A stretch of DNA of 64,000 nucleotides from Hormiphora californensis (GCA_020137815.1 CM035361.1:2790001-2854000); one strand, 5' to 3'. Counted from the first letter of the stretch, positions 38,801 to 47,830 are shown. Translations and numbers: made by a program. Notes: generated by a model not told the origin, from the letters alone.

Positions 38801-41800
38801 AGTTGGAAGCGGAATAACCATGGCCACTCCCTAGTAAACACATGTACGCCACGTTAGTTGCATAAACTGCGTCATTCTACTCCGTTAACAGCGAACACAA
38901 AATACGACGCTGTTACGATGTCGTTTTTGCAACTTTTTTGCGCCCTGCAAATCTGTAGTTGTAAGAACGGCGTCCAGCTGCTAATAATAAATAAACGGTA
39001 ATTCGACCACCCAACTAGAATCTGATCATTCAAACGTCTAGAATTTAGATGACTTTGGAATTATGACTGATAAGTAATACTATGTAACCAATTAGGCCCT
39101 TCTGAAAAGACTAAGTTTGGATTCTCACGCAGTACAGGGGGACTATTAGGATGTTTTGGTGAAATAATTGAAATTACTTCAGCGACTTGCGGGGTCAATA
39201 CAATATTTTGTTCTTGACAGACTAGAATGTACGTATATTGATTTTTGTACAGCTGTAGTACTGCGTGGAGAGCCGAGAGCCCAAGCCGTTCTCCCTCCCA
39301 AGCCGCTCTCCCTCCCAAGATCATTGCACACAACTTGTATGTTTCTCTGGTGACATCTTACACATGCTCTCTAAAAATAAACATCATCCGATTCCCCCAG
39401 CTTTGTACGGTTTTGTTCTTTTCCTCAAGCAATTTTGCTTCGGCCGACAAGGCATTTCAACTAAGCGGAATTACGCATGTCCCCATCGTTTTAGTCTTTG
39501 TTACTTGTGCCATGATCTATTGTTATTTAAACCTAGCCGATTGTTACTTTAATAAGTTACTTAGTCAGACATACTTCTCTTATCCTTTTTTTCCTGTCTA
39601 GTACTATTGAAATGTTGGTCTTGGTGGTGGTATGGTCATTACTGAAGGTCCCACCTGGAGTCTCGGCATCAAAAGGTTTGAAAAAATCATTTGACAATAA
39701 TATGAACTGATTCGATTGTCACATGCTTGTCTAACTTCGCACAGTTTTAACCATTTTATTTAAACAGTAAACTGAATAATGAAATCATTACATCAGAGTT
39801 GGAGTTGGGGTCAAATGAGATCTCTCCAGTATCATCTACTCAATCCAAAATCCCATATTCGGGTCAAAACCCATCTCTAATGTTTGATAAAGATATCTCG
39901 ACCTATGGTAGGTTAATTAGGGCGATATTTTGTAGCTTCAATAGGAGACAGACTTCCTTCCTCATATTTGCCTTGCTCAACCCTGTTTCACTGTGCCCCG
40001 TAAAAATGTAAGAAGCTCAGATCTATCATCAGTGAGATTGATAGATTCTATCAATCTCACTGGTCGCATAAACTGCAGTCGTATAAAAGGGCCAGGAACC
40101 GACCGATTATCGGAATCGTAATCGTAATCGTTTAAAAATCGTTAATTTTTGCTGAATCGGTATCGGATCGTATTCGTTAAAATTTACAAAACGAATCCGA
40201 TTTTTTTGACGACTGAAAAAATCAGTAACCAATGTGTAACTAGCCAGTAGAGACGGTTTCTTTGAACAGAATCTATTGATTACCCGAACACACGATCCGT
40301 GCTAAAGAGCTGGTAGCACGGATTGTATTTCAGACCACTAATAAACACGTGATCAAACTGCCCAGCCTATCAAATGATGGTATATCTAACCATTACCAAT
40401 ACCAATGATGGATTATCACGTGATGCAAAGGTCTGAATCGAGGGCTACTGCGTTCACCAAGAGGTGGCTGCTGAAGCCAGAGAGTATCGAGATGCTCTTG
40501 CACAACACCCAATAATGGTAGTCCATGTACCTGGAGTTTTACTTCAGGTACATGGACTAACATTATCGAGTGTTGTGCAGAATATAAATGATAATTATAT
40601 GATACAGATTACTACTTATGATGATTTATTCTAGTTAATTTTGAAACCTGAAAATTCGTTATCGTATCGTTATCGTATCGTTATCGGTTAAAAATTTGAT
40701 AATCGTATCGTTATCGGAATCGTTTTGAAATTTGGAATTGGTCGGTTCCTGAAAAGGGCCTTGATCATACTTTTACAGGGACAGTAAGGCGACTCAATGG
40801 TAAAAGTTGGATTAAATTTGATCTTGGGGCGACTCATTACGTCCGCTTGGTCACCCTGCACTACCTGTTTATGGAGGATTTCCCAAAATCCGACCGAACT
40901 TATTGGTGCCTAGAAAGCATAGCCAATTGGAACATATGTGTTGGTGCCTCTGGATACAACATTTCTATAGAAAGCGAAGAGGGATCAGCAGTGTTCTGTG
41001 GCACTATGGAGCTGAGTGGAAATCTCACACAAGCCGATAATATCTACTCATTTGATTGTGCTGCGGTGGGGAGATTTGTCATGTTGTCTGGTGTGAGCCT
41101 ACACATAATCCTGACAGAGGTGGTTGTGGGTATAACATCAGGTAAGTTCAATTCTGCATCAAATCACTGTGCTGAAAAGCGCACAATGGTTTTACCCGAC
41201 AAAAACAATCTTTTGTTTGCTTCATTTTGCGTGGGGCGTGGCTATGGGTTAGACTTATCACATGCTAATTTACCACATTTCAGTTACATGGAGTCCAGTA
41301 GAACTTCAAGTTAAGATCCCATTTGATCTGGAGAGCACCCCTCTTCAAATCAAAACCAACTCTATTCTCGGAAGTGGGGACAGGATTGGTTTGAATACAT
41401 ACACTGCAGACGAGAGTTTTACCGGAAGGGTGCAAGTAAGGGTAGAGTTAACCTCACCTATCCGATACTCCATCAGTAACTGCACCGACTGGACCTCCCT
41501 CCCAGTACAACCACCAGAGGAAGTGGACAATATCTGGACAATTCGAAAGACGGCTACCGACCTCAGTATAGAGTGTAACGGGGTGGAGGTACTGAACTAC
41601 CGGTTCAGTGACAGTGGTAAACCTGGCTGTATATCGACGTGGGGAGGAGATGTGGTGAAGATACACTTTGGCACCAAGGACAATGCATCTGACAGCTACA
41701 GAGCAAAACCAATAGGTAGGGTAGCCACTGGCTATTTGAAACAGTTTTTCACTTTTTTCCCTTGCCTGCCCACAAATCAAGTCGAACCCAAATTTTTTTG

Positions 41801-44800
41801 ACCTTGTGTTACCGAGACAGTCCCTGGGTAGTTTTTTGGGTGGTTGGAGATGTCTCATTTTGTCTTCCGGGGCCAGGGTCACGTGATATCTATCCAAATT
41901 TGGTGTTTCAGATAGCCCGCCTCGGTCTGCTAATTTGAAACACCCGTATCTCCCTCAATTTCTCCACGAAACCGAAATTTTTGACATGGAATAGTTAGAA
42001 AAGGGTTGTGCAGAGCCATTCCATGTCTGAAATCTGAATTTGTTTGCATGTGCTTGGTGCAGTGAATGTTTCCAAAAAGTGTTTCAAATAGCCAGGAAAA
42101 CGGTTTTTGCCCCAAATTCGGCCAATTTTTGGCGGAAATGGCTAAACTCATAATTCATATCCTCCCTATGCTCAAAATGAACATCAAAAATTTCCGACAG
42201 CGGATTTGGAGAAAAGTGTTTCAAATAGCCCTCCGCGGTGTTTCAAGTTACCAGACTCGCTTGCCCTGCAGCTCATAACGTAGCGAAAACCACTGAACCC
42301 GACTAATTTCGATACGCTGAATCACGTAAGCAACTTTTCCAATCCGTATGAGGTCGATAAAGTGCCCTAATTGAGTATAATTGGGTCTAATTGACCTTAA
42401 TTGCTCAATTAAGGCACTTTCCCGACCTCTGAGGGATTGGAAAGGTTGCTTACGTGATTCAGCGTATCAAAATTAGTCGGAAAAGTGCCCTCACATAAGT
42501 ATAAATCATTTCCAGGTGAAAAGTTGTAAATGGGGTCAATAAGACCCAATTATGCTTAATTAGAACACTTTTCCGATCTGAGACGGAGCCCAGAGGTTTA
42601 AAAAGCTATTTATAATTATATTTAAGTTTCTCAATTTTCATTTTTTGAAATAAAAAGGAAATCTTTGAATTTTTTGTTTAAACACAAGGATTGTTTCTAT
42701 TCCAGAATTTAAAAGAACGGCATGAGTACCTACTGTTTGCTATGCATCTCCCAAGACAAGCTACTACATACGCGGCACTACGTTTCAAATAGCCAGACCA
42801 TGCGTTTCAAATAGTCAGACACTGTTTCACATTGGCAGGCGTTTCAAATAGCCAGTGGCTACCCTAATGAAACCTAGAAATCGCGAATTCACTGTTAGTT
42901 GCATAAACAACGTTGTTCTTCTGTTATCAGCGCACAAAAAATACAACCGTTGTTTTTGCGGTTCACAACAGTGGCTATACCGTGATCGTATAATCAGCTG
43001 CATCTAACATCTCTCAACACGATTTCTATATTATATACCCATTACCCATCAGCGTGCCCCGGGTTTACTGTAGACGGATCAGTGCAAGGAAGTTGGAGCG
43101 ATACAGATCCGAGGCAGACGGTGACCATCAACTGTCAGAAGAAGCACGTGCGAAATGGTAGCCGCGAGAGGACTTGTAATTCCAACGGAGAGTGGAACAA
43201 GGACGCCCCTCTTTGTAGACAACTAGGTAAGTATAATAGTTTGTAGACTTTGTAGACTTGAACTAGGTAAGCAATTGCATGGAAACAGAGGACAAATTAA
43301 CGAGCATACACAATCTCACAGGGATCTCACAGACTGACGCAGTATAGACTCATGTCACGCACAAACGAACAATCATGCCATAACGTACTAACTTAGATAT
43401 TCAGTGATTATCATAATACGGCCGTTAGTTGCATAAACGAGGTCGTTTGACTCCGTTAACGGAGTAAAACGACGTCGTTTATGCAACTAACGGTGTACAC
43501 GCGTTTACTAGGGCTACTACAGACTCTGATGCCATAGATTCCCCATTTCATCGAAATCGAAAGAGGGGAGCTTAGCGTTATAGTTACCCGCCACCCGGGC
43601 GGTATGCGGTTTGCTCAGCGTGTGGCTAAGTAACCCAGCAAAAAAGTTTTTTTCTTCTTTTTACTCACCATCGCCATTCAAATCGAGTGACCGGAAGAAA
43701 TGCCTTGTAAAGTTGAAGCTGTAGAGAGGGTGAAAACACAGATATAGAGTGTCCAAATCAAAACGTTTCGTTTGAGAAAACAGCACCCGGAGTCGTCGGT
43801 AGCGTTTTTCCAAGGCCATAACCTGGGAATGGATGGATAATGCAGATTGCAGAGTTTCAGGATAACCTGCAATTTGGAACTGTCAACTTGCAGGTTTTTG
43901 CATGCAATGGTTGCGATCAAGTTAACAAACACCATTCACCAATGCCCATGAATGGTTACCATGGTTACTAGGAACCGGCGATACTGGATATTTTTTTCTC
44001 GATTCGATCTCGATCTTTTTTTGGACGACCAAAATTTTTCGATTCGATCTCGATTCGATCTTTTGGGGTTCAAAAAATTTCGATTCGATCTCGATTCGAT
44101 CTTTGAGCGTTCAAAAAATTTCGATTCGATCTCGATTCGATCTTTGAGGGTTCAAAAACTTTCGATTCGATCTCGATTCGATCTTTCGGTTTTCAAAAAA
44201 TCTCGATTCGATCTCGATTCGATCTTTGAGGGTTCAAAAAATCTCGATTCGATCTCGATTCGATCTTTCGGTTTTCAAAAAATTTCGATCCGATCTCGAT
44301 TCGATTTTTGGGGGATGAAAAAATATCGATTCGATCTCGATTCGATCTTTGTGCGATCAAAAAATTTCGATTCGATCTCGATTCGATTCGATCTTTCGAT
44401 CCTTCGATTCGATCCTATAATAACACCGGTTTCTACTGGCTAGGAACCGAAGATTCTTGATATTTTCTTCTCGATCCCGATTCGATCTTTGGGTGACCGA
44501 TCAAAATTTTTCGATTCGATTTCGATTCGATCTTTGGGGGATCAAAAAATATCGATTCGATCACGATTCGATTTTTCGGGGTTCAAAAAATATCGATTCG
44601 ATCTCGATTCGATCTTTGGGTGATAAAAAACTTTCGATTCGATCTCGATTCGATCTTTTGGGGTTCAAAAACTTTCGATTCGATCTCGATTCGATCTTTG
44701 AGCGTTCAAAAAATTTCGATTCGATCTCGATTCGATCTTTGAGGGTTCAAAAAATCTCGATTCGATCTCGATTCGATCTTTGGGCGGTCAAAAAATCTCG

Positions 44801-47067
44801 ATTCGATCTCGATTCGATCTTTGGGCTCAAAAAACTACTCGATTCGATTCGATTCGATCCGATCTCTCGATCTTTCGATTCGATTCGATATTATCGCCGG
44901 TTCCTAATGGTTACTAAGTAACTCAACTCCTGATAAACATCGTATAACTATTAGTATCTGTACCTGTTTTTCTGTGAACGATGCTTGTTCGGCGAGGAAT
45001 TTATGGTAGGTCATGAATGTTCTCAATCCAGTGCAGATAAACCCATAGTCATCATTCGCCAGTACCCAATCGAACGGTCCTGTGAATATTATATTATATA
45101 CGAGTTATAATAGGTTAGTTTTATATAGATTCTCGGAGGGAGGCTGCTCGTGAGAGTTTGAATAAGAGCAGGTCAGGGTAGGGGAATTGAACGAACGGTG
45201 AAGTTGCAACAACAAAAACGCAACAACAGAAAACTGCTTACTGTTTTCAGAACTGTAATAAAATTGAAGTGTACACTATCGATAGAGATGACAAGATGTG
45301 AATAGTTGCCTAGCTAGACTGTGTTTCGTGCGCCCCACCCGCGAAACACACATATAAATGAGGGTTAGAACATAACAAGTGAACAGCTCACCTAGGGATG
45401 GGCTGAACTTGGTGATAAACTTGGCAAAATGTTGAAAGTTGCACTGCTCTGAAACGGTGAAGAGAAGATCCAGGTTTTGAGGAACGGGACTTTCCCAATC
45501 TTCAAACAACTGAGTTATCTCTTCTCTCGACACCTAAAAACAAGAATTTAGGGAGTTAAATACTCAAGTTAATAAGTAATAACTATATTATGTAATAGAG
45601 GATAATCCCAAATAAGCCAGATAATTGATATTTTCTAGATGGACGGCAACGGATTGGCCAAGATAACTAAGATTCCCGGAAAGTATTGTAGTTTGTAATG
45701 GGAGAATTCTTCTATGAAGACCTACTCGAGTGCTCTCCTGTTCTAACTTTTTGCCGTGGAAACATAAGCCCGGGTTGTACCTTGTTGCCATGGAAACAGA
45801 AGCCTGGATTGTACCTTTTTGCCATCGAAACAGAAGCCCGGGTTGTACCTTGTTGCCATGGAAACAGAAGCCTGGATTGTACCTTGTTGCCATGGAAACA
45901 GAAACCCAGATTGTACCTTTTGCCATGGAAACAGAAGCCCGGATTATACCTTGTTGCCATGGAAACAGAAGCCCGGATTGTACCTTGTTGACATGGAAAC
46001 AGAAACCCAGATTGTACCTTGTTGCCATGGAAACAGAATCCCGGATTGTACCTTGTTGCTATGGAAACAGAATCCCGGATTGTACCTTGTTGCCATGGAA
46101 ACAGAAGCCCGGATTGTACCTTGTTGCCATGGAAACAGAAGCCCGGATTGTACCTTGTTGCCATGGAAACAGAAACCTGGATTGTACCTTGTTGCCATGG
46201 AAACAGAAACCCGGATTGTACCTTGTTGCCATCGGATGATATCATCAGGAACAACATGTGAAGTTTCTCCTGCCTCGTTCCCCTGACTATGGTACCAAGG
46301 ACAGATAACACGCTGTCAAACGATGTCTTTCCACCCGCCGATGAGATCAATTTGTATATCCTCTCTGAGAAATATATACAGTGGGTTAAAAGAAAACGAA
46401 TTTGCCTTTAGGAAAACGCGTGTTGTGTATTAAGTATTTCGAGGTTGAGGACAAATCTTATAGATGATGTCTAGTTTCGTTTTGATATGTTCGAGGAGCA
46501 GCAGTTGTCAAGCAAGGCTAGGTTTCTTCTGATAATCTGATAATCTTATACTCTTTACCTGCAAACTTCTCAGGGAAACCCAGGAAGGCTTTCTCGACAA
46601 AACTCTCCCTGTTGGGAATAGAGCAGTTAGAGCAGTTAGAGCAGTTAGAGCAGCATGTAGAAACTAGAAAGACACACAACACCATATATGGGCAACACGT
46701 GGGGGGGAGCTTCTCTGACACCTGTTGGGAGTAGACAGGAGCTCATCATAGGATATCTCAAGGTGCTCTAACTCGTCAGGCCTTTAAACGTGACTTCACC
46801 TCGTCAACAGAGATCACCTAGAGAAGGAAAGGTAATGGGAGATGGGGGTGAGACCACCTGAAGTTAGATGAATAGTTTAACACGTGGGTTTAGAAATGAG
46901 AAATCAAGATTATTCAATGATTATGCGGCTAATAAACAATCAACCGATCTTTATTCTCTGTCAATAATGCCTGTTGTTTGCCTGGCTAGACATACAAATG
47001 TAAAGGGAGGGTTAGTAACATAACAAACCTGTTGTATGGCAGGTCCGCTGCTTTGATTGTTTCCCAT
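2386..47067 (-). CDS. USP32: Ubiquitin carboxyl-terminal hydrolase 32 (EF-hands, DUSP, UBL, start of USP catalytic domain); host gene that continues beyond the left edge
   Basis: Hand-spliced exons: 47029-47067 (MGNNQSSGPAIQQ), 46722-46817, 46559-46608, ~46226-46364 (VLGTIVRGTRQEKLHMLF), ~45393-45533, ~44964-45079, ~43669-43822 (LEKRY...RFDLDT...SLDLNGDG), ~35062-35206 (NIDCRELVIGLSAI...FTMFDSNEDG), ~30323-30402, ~29869-30024 (VVFGVRP...QWMEME), ~24718-24833 (DUSP, YYLASSQW), ~4573-4683 (TEGG...DYQIV), ~4230-4351 (LWCTLEDWYG), ~3919-3992, ~3625-3718 (LSYTGAF), ~3052-3193 (EDLRLW), ~2778-2929 (MSWPEE...TTGLNNLGNTCFMNSSIQ, Cys box), 2386-2492 (CLSNTRPL). Motif order matches USP32 as I recall it. 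Exon 2 has a 1-nt frame discrepancy. Confidence 0.92.
4101..4252. repeat. ~32-bp minisatellite made of the end of a USP32 exon plus its splice donor
   Basis: Units GTACCTATAAAAGGTGAACTTGAGGTGAAATT; on the minus strand CTCAAGTTCACCTTTTATAG|GTAC = LKFTFYR|donor. Confidence 0.85.
5265..6293. repeat. Probable interspersed repeat of unassigned class; an inverted copy of its right end lies at 6566-6638
   Basis: AAGGTGGCCC near both ends, internal ATAC/ATAT microsatellite and GACGTC palindromes; 6221-6293 is the reverse complement of 6566-6638. Confidence 0.4.
6805..6982. mobile_element. CAGTCGGACCCCGATTTACC-family MITE (Tc1/mariner-like)
   Basis: TIR CAGTCGGACCCCGATTTAC...GTAAATCGGGGTCCGAC. Other full or partial copies at ~933, ~9241, ~23875-23958, ~30126, 49990-50161 and ~58940. 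Confidence 0.75.
7758..22083 (+). CDS. Rhodopsin-class GPCR of GRL101/RXFP type: signal peptide, SRCR-like region, multiple LDLa repeats, 7TM; no LRRs seen; nested antisense in a USP32 intron
   Basis: ATG 7758 MKKPLLIWCLAIVV; GEICGEE...LICKDMGY (SRCR-like); LDLa motifs CDGIANCEDASDE, MDGMEDCLDGSDE, CNLVDNCGDGSDE; TM motifs SWILGIVGTFLN, ISVGDLLTGIYLLAI, CAFLGAISTCG, FYGNAGVCL, ILSDFICWVP, LILPLNSVINPIIYD; last exon 22039-22083 ends in TAG. Confidence 0.85.
10925..11105. repeat. ~37-bp minisatellite made of a splice acceptor plus the first codons of a GPCR exon
   Basis: Units ...CTCCCTTTATAG|AATGTG(T/C)AGTTACGACTC; the last unit runs into the real exon (ECAVTIPTSCVK). Confidence 0.8.
12712..13180. 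mobile_element. Kolobok-like MITE
   Basis: TTAA|AGTGAGAGTGGACCGAATCAG ... CTGATTCGGTCCACTCTCACT|TTAA, with a TTAA TSD and AG terminus. Inserted in a CTCTCTTTAGTTAAAGTAACAA minisatellite (~12565-13420). Confidence 0.75.
14465..15757. mobile_element. Foldback/palindromic non-autonomous DNA transposon (GG termini, 8-bp TSD; Merlin-like)
   Basis: GATAATAC|GGCAGGTGAGTAGAACTTCGCTCC ... GGAGCGAAGTTCTACTCACCTGCC|GATAATAC; arms ~530 bp with AATAAAAGGCTGC subterminal repeats. The TSD could extend to 10 bp (CGATAATACG). Confidence 0.8.
16757..17225. mobile_element. Kolobok-like MITE, second copy
   Basis: Near-identical to 12712-13180, TTAA on both sides; absent from duplication copy 2. Confidence 0.75.
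19172..19457. mobile_element. MITE (Tc1/mariner-like)
   Basis: Imperfect TIR CGTCATACACATTTTTAT ... ATAAAAATGTGTATGACG; present only in duplication copy 2. Confidence 0.6.
20531..20639. mobile_element. hAT-like MITE, (C/T)AGGAACCGACCGA family
   Basis: CAGGAACCGACCGA...TCGGTCGGTTCCTG with 8-bp TSD (T/C)TAATATG. Near-identical copy at 24588-24696 (TSD GTAAACA(T/G)); related element at ~21914-22019. Confidence 0.8.
23521..24246 (+). CDS. Small secreted protein (~132 aa), H-type-lectin/gp53-like beta fold; nested antisense in a USP32 intron
   Basis: Three in-phase exons (~23521-23635, ~23722-23865, ~24109-24246): MLRVVSIALLAIMGLVSG-DMM...CSGTT / VKGATSW...YVDIDMTDCGFFRTPNIVTTVNGNSDH / GGSATYSITNTSFRIYV...WSISWVAVGYANI*. 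TATAAAA at ~23120. The fold call is from motif recognition only. Confidence 0.75.
25279..26520 (+). CDS. LINE ORF1, gag-like nucleic-acid-binding protein with zinc knuckles
   Basis: 413 aa; CYHCQGFGH..C, CCFCAGTH....C, CVNC...H......C motifs. Confidence 0.88.
   Translation: MTVTSKYDSCITRSDFEDVLSGEVFNNDYKGSDLLVCLERGDAACPSSVHKPQLWDLLRACYKMLPASAQFSVPGDHSDLRESFAKLHKDLISTISALVKPVENGRSDVGGGDPEEPVTPTMKHYVNITTGNNEEGEPGFCAKKWTDEVKPKVETALKTIPVVRSRVNSDHTRLYFPNEDQMKEAEKVLTPLAQDCSMSFFSEEAKKLEPKVTINDLDPELLKKETILAAILDKNENIRKLYQEDKKLKVMFVSERDRYAVIQMAPEIRRLLSNNGDRINLGLRQHLVKNRYHVIQCYHCQGFGHIAGSIYCPQKDTPVCCFCAGTHQTKDCRAKKTNDTGKMKCVNCADGGSREDKKYARTHTASSMWCPSYINERARLMERTSGVSKEEKNLYWTRTKEELHRKRLGRLGH
26406..29444 (+). 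CDS. LINE ORF2, apurinic endonuclease plus reverse transcriptase; open frame begins at 26406 with no AUG before the EN domain
   Basis: KIGTLNVRSL and ICLIQETFL lie upstream of the track's GTG start; further motifs GDLN, TLDLV, SDH, YRPVSNIPFLSKLLEK, LDMSAAFDTVDH, GVPQGSLLGP, YADD. Confidence 0.92.
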   Translation, partial: TGTAYGEDFRCKQRGKKPVLDEDQGGTAQEKTWKIGTLNVRSLVNKTGGVISHLEDADCDICLIQETFLKTTDTGKLQEIRDNGWDIFSCPRGDRGGGGIGILFRDGIVLRQCPVKTKYKSFQVQEVLISDRDQPKRLCNVYRPPYTPKSRLTEATFLSEFGDYLSELVMKQGTPIIAGDLNFQVQDDNNFYARKLLELLDSFDLQQRVPLLPTHRLGGTLDLVITARETTLADLTIFPNGTTSDHFLVQFGIQVRPDLSNSCLKKSVYREYMDYKSVDLEGFKEDLRKGDFDRGRDPEEGVVNFYRWLEGIVEKRVPRKRVRMGKKFKPWRDEELRGLLRKRRSAERYWRKHGTEDAKRRFNDLKKLYGNMDKEKRSLFIREDLDAVKGDPKKLQSKLQKLLGKAESILPETTNTKSLADDFSQFFSSKVEKIRTQVNEEQQQAGDFEEPGKACDSTWKEFKEISEEELVLVVKSMSSKHCDLDPLPTWVVKECIRDLAPLLTSIVNQSLRQSTVAESLQKAIVFPTIKNMYGDREALSNYRPVSNIPFLSKLLEKVVLTQLNEYLESNSLLGKHQSGYRAGHSCETLLASMFDDVLGEMDKGNVVALICLDMSAAFDTVDHEKLLEVLQKRFGVDGDPLQWFKSYLSSRSFRVSVGDCLSDTLALLCGVPQGSLLGPILFLLYIEAVQDIVEPYGLRIKLYADDSQLYVSLVPTDSTGWSEAKVDIEECLAKVKRWMVGQWLKCNEAKTEFILLGKRSSLCKVTFDPVINFGGTEISPSECSGTTGKTLGILLDHNLNLERQVNNVRKQCGLALRNLWQLHRCFDIPTKIMLVKQLIISRIDYSNILYCGLPGRVLSGLQKLLNACVRFIYNIHGHQESYLEYFRQCHILPISYRLDFKACLIAYKIVYGTAPRYLQEMVPLDDSWGLSRTTRMTSVTDPYRLKHPKMTSINANSKLRRRRLSVFLPTIWNELPLELRSIPNVDTFKARLKTHLFVGAFGVGDGEPAAEL
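31486..31704 (+). pseudogene. Truncated transposase N-terminal HTH (DUF4817-like), left arm
   Basis: MHFTPEQRNFIWLKK...IEQEFFIKFGRDAPSKKSCRKI resembles ITm transposase N-termini; no DDE/D domain. Confidence 0.6.
31884..32153 (-). pseudogene. Truncated transposase N-terminal HTH, right arm (mirror copy)
   Basis: Same peptide on the opposite strand, with a few substitutions and indels. Confidence 0.6.
36154..38230 (+). CDS. Secreted modular protein, copy 1: signal peptide, galactose-binding/fucolectin-like domain, uncharacterised beta-rich domain, Sushi/CCP
   Basis: Exons ~36154-36226, ~36344-36455, ~36654-37017 (SWIKFDLGATHYV...FCG...FDCAAVGRFVML...LTEVVV), ~37215-37646 (TPLQIKTNS...KIWTIRKT), ~37834-38007 (CPG...TVTIEC...RTCNSNGEW...APLC). 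The terminal exon is uncertain. Confidence 0.75.
38449..39012. repeat. 280-bp direct tandem duplication that includes the left EnSpm-type TIR
   Basis: 38449-38728 is repeated at 38729-~39012. Confidence 0.85.
39612..43407 (+). CDS. Secreted modular protein, copy 2 (paralogue of 36154-38230)
   Basis: ATG 39612 MLVLVVVWSLLK; same exon series. The lectin-like exon is almost identical; the second domain is more diverged. Confidence 0.72.
40093..40751. mobile_element. hAT-like non-autonomous element
   Basis: AAAAGGGC|CAGGAACCGACC ... GGTCGGTTCCTG|AAAAGGGC; the empty site is visible in paralogue copy 1 (~36616). Confidence 0.85.
41719..42864. mobile_element. Non-autonomous TIR element inserted at +4 of a splice donor
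   Basis: TA|GGGTAGCCACTGGCTATTTGAAAC ... GTTTCAAATAGCCAGTGGCTACCC|TA; empty site ATAG|GTAATGAA in copy 1. Confidence 0.85.
43969..44906. mobile_element. hAT-like composite MITE filled with ~40-bp TCGATTCGATC repeats
   Basis: ATGGTTAC|TAGGAACCGG ... CCGGTTCCTA|ATGGTTAC; two tandem sub-elements meet near 44434-44441. Confidence 0.85.
45760..46232. repeat. ~34-bp minisatellite made of the end of USP32 exon 4 plus its donor
   Basis: Minus-strand unit ATGGCAACAAG|GTACAATCCGGGCTTCTGTTTCC, about 14 copies; the first is the real junction (SSDGNK|gtac). Confidence 0.9.
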
Positions 47068-47830
47068 CTTTTTAAAATTAAACCCAACAGCAGCAGATTA
47101 TAGCACAGCGATAGATCGTCTACATTCTACTTGATGAAGGTGTTACAGCAAAAATGTATAGCAAACAGCAGAAATATATAAGAGTGCCTTTTATATACAA
47201 TATTTGATAAAAGAGTGCCTTTGTAGCAATATAGGAAGCTACTGATTGAATGGTCTAACCCGGTTTTCAAAGGCCGAGAGCCCGGGTTAGAATGCTGCAC
47301 TATTAGCAGAGTACATGTGCATTATATCTCAGTTAAGTAAATTAGTATTATTGCTTTGACGAACAAAATATACACAGCTGAGAGCCCTATCACGGGTTAG
47401 ATTATGGGCATTATTACAGAGCTATGTATCTCAGTAAACAAACACCAAGATTGTATTTGGTTGTCACATGATGGATAAAAATCATGATTGTTCACACTTT
47501 TCTTGTGACAGATGGGCAGGGAGAGAAAATAAACAATGAATTTTTGTTAAAGATCTCTTTGTATTTCTTCAACTACAATACTTTACATGCTATAGGTCAG
47601 CTCTGAGCCAATTTCAAGATAACGTCTCTCTTTTTCTCTCTACAACAACTCTGAGAACAAGGATTCGTGAGTCAAAATAACGTCTATCTCTTTGGCTAAT
47701 GGCTAGTAATCCCACTTTCATTTGTACAAAATAAACTGTATCAAAATCAAACCCCTATCACCACCCAGTCCATACAATCGGGATAACAGATTCCCTGATT
47801 TGATAAGATAAATAGACTCTGATCCGAATG

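Larger units (their letters stand above)
38549..43513. mobile_element. EnSpm/CMC-type TIR pair enclosing a host-gene copy (Pack-element candidate)
   Basis: CT|CCCTAGTAAAC at 38549 (and 38829) ... GTTTACTAGGG|CT at 43513; ~60 bp imperfect TIR; same termini as the 49337-62465 element. Confidence 0.6.

Noticed and set aside
43969-44906. CRISPR-like array (conserved ~25-bp repeat with variable ~15-bp gaps) and the ORFs 43952-44443 and 44457-44921
   Set aside because: The gaps resemble one another, there are no cas genes, and the array is bounded by hAT-type TIRs with a perfect 8-bp TSD in a eukaryotic intron. The ORFs are repeat translations.
45588-46286. Multiple overlapping ORFs with repeated peptides
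   Set aside because: Translations of the 34-bp minisatellite; only the USP32 exon at ~46226-46364 is coding.
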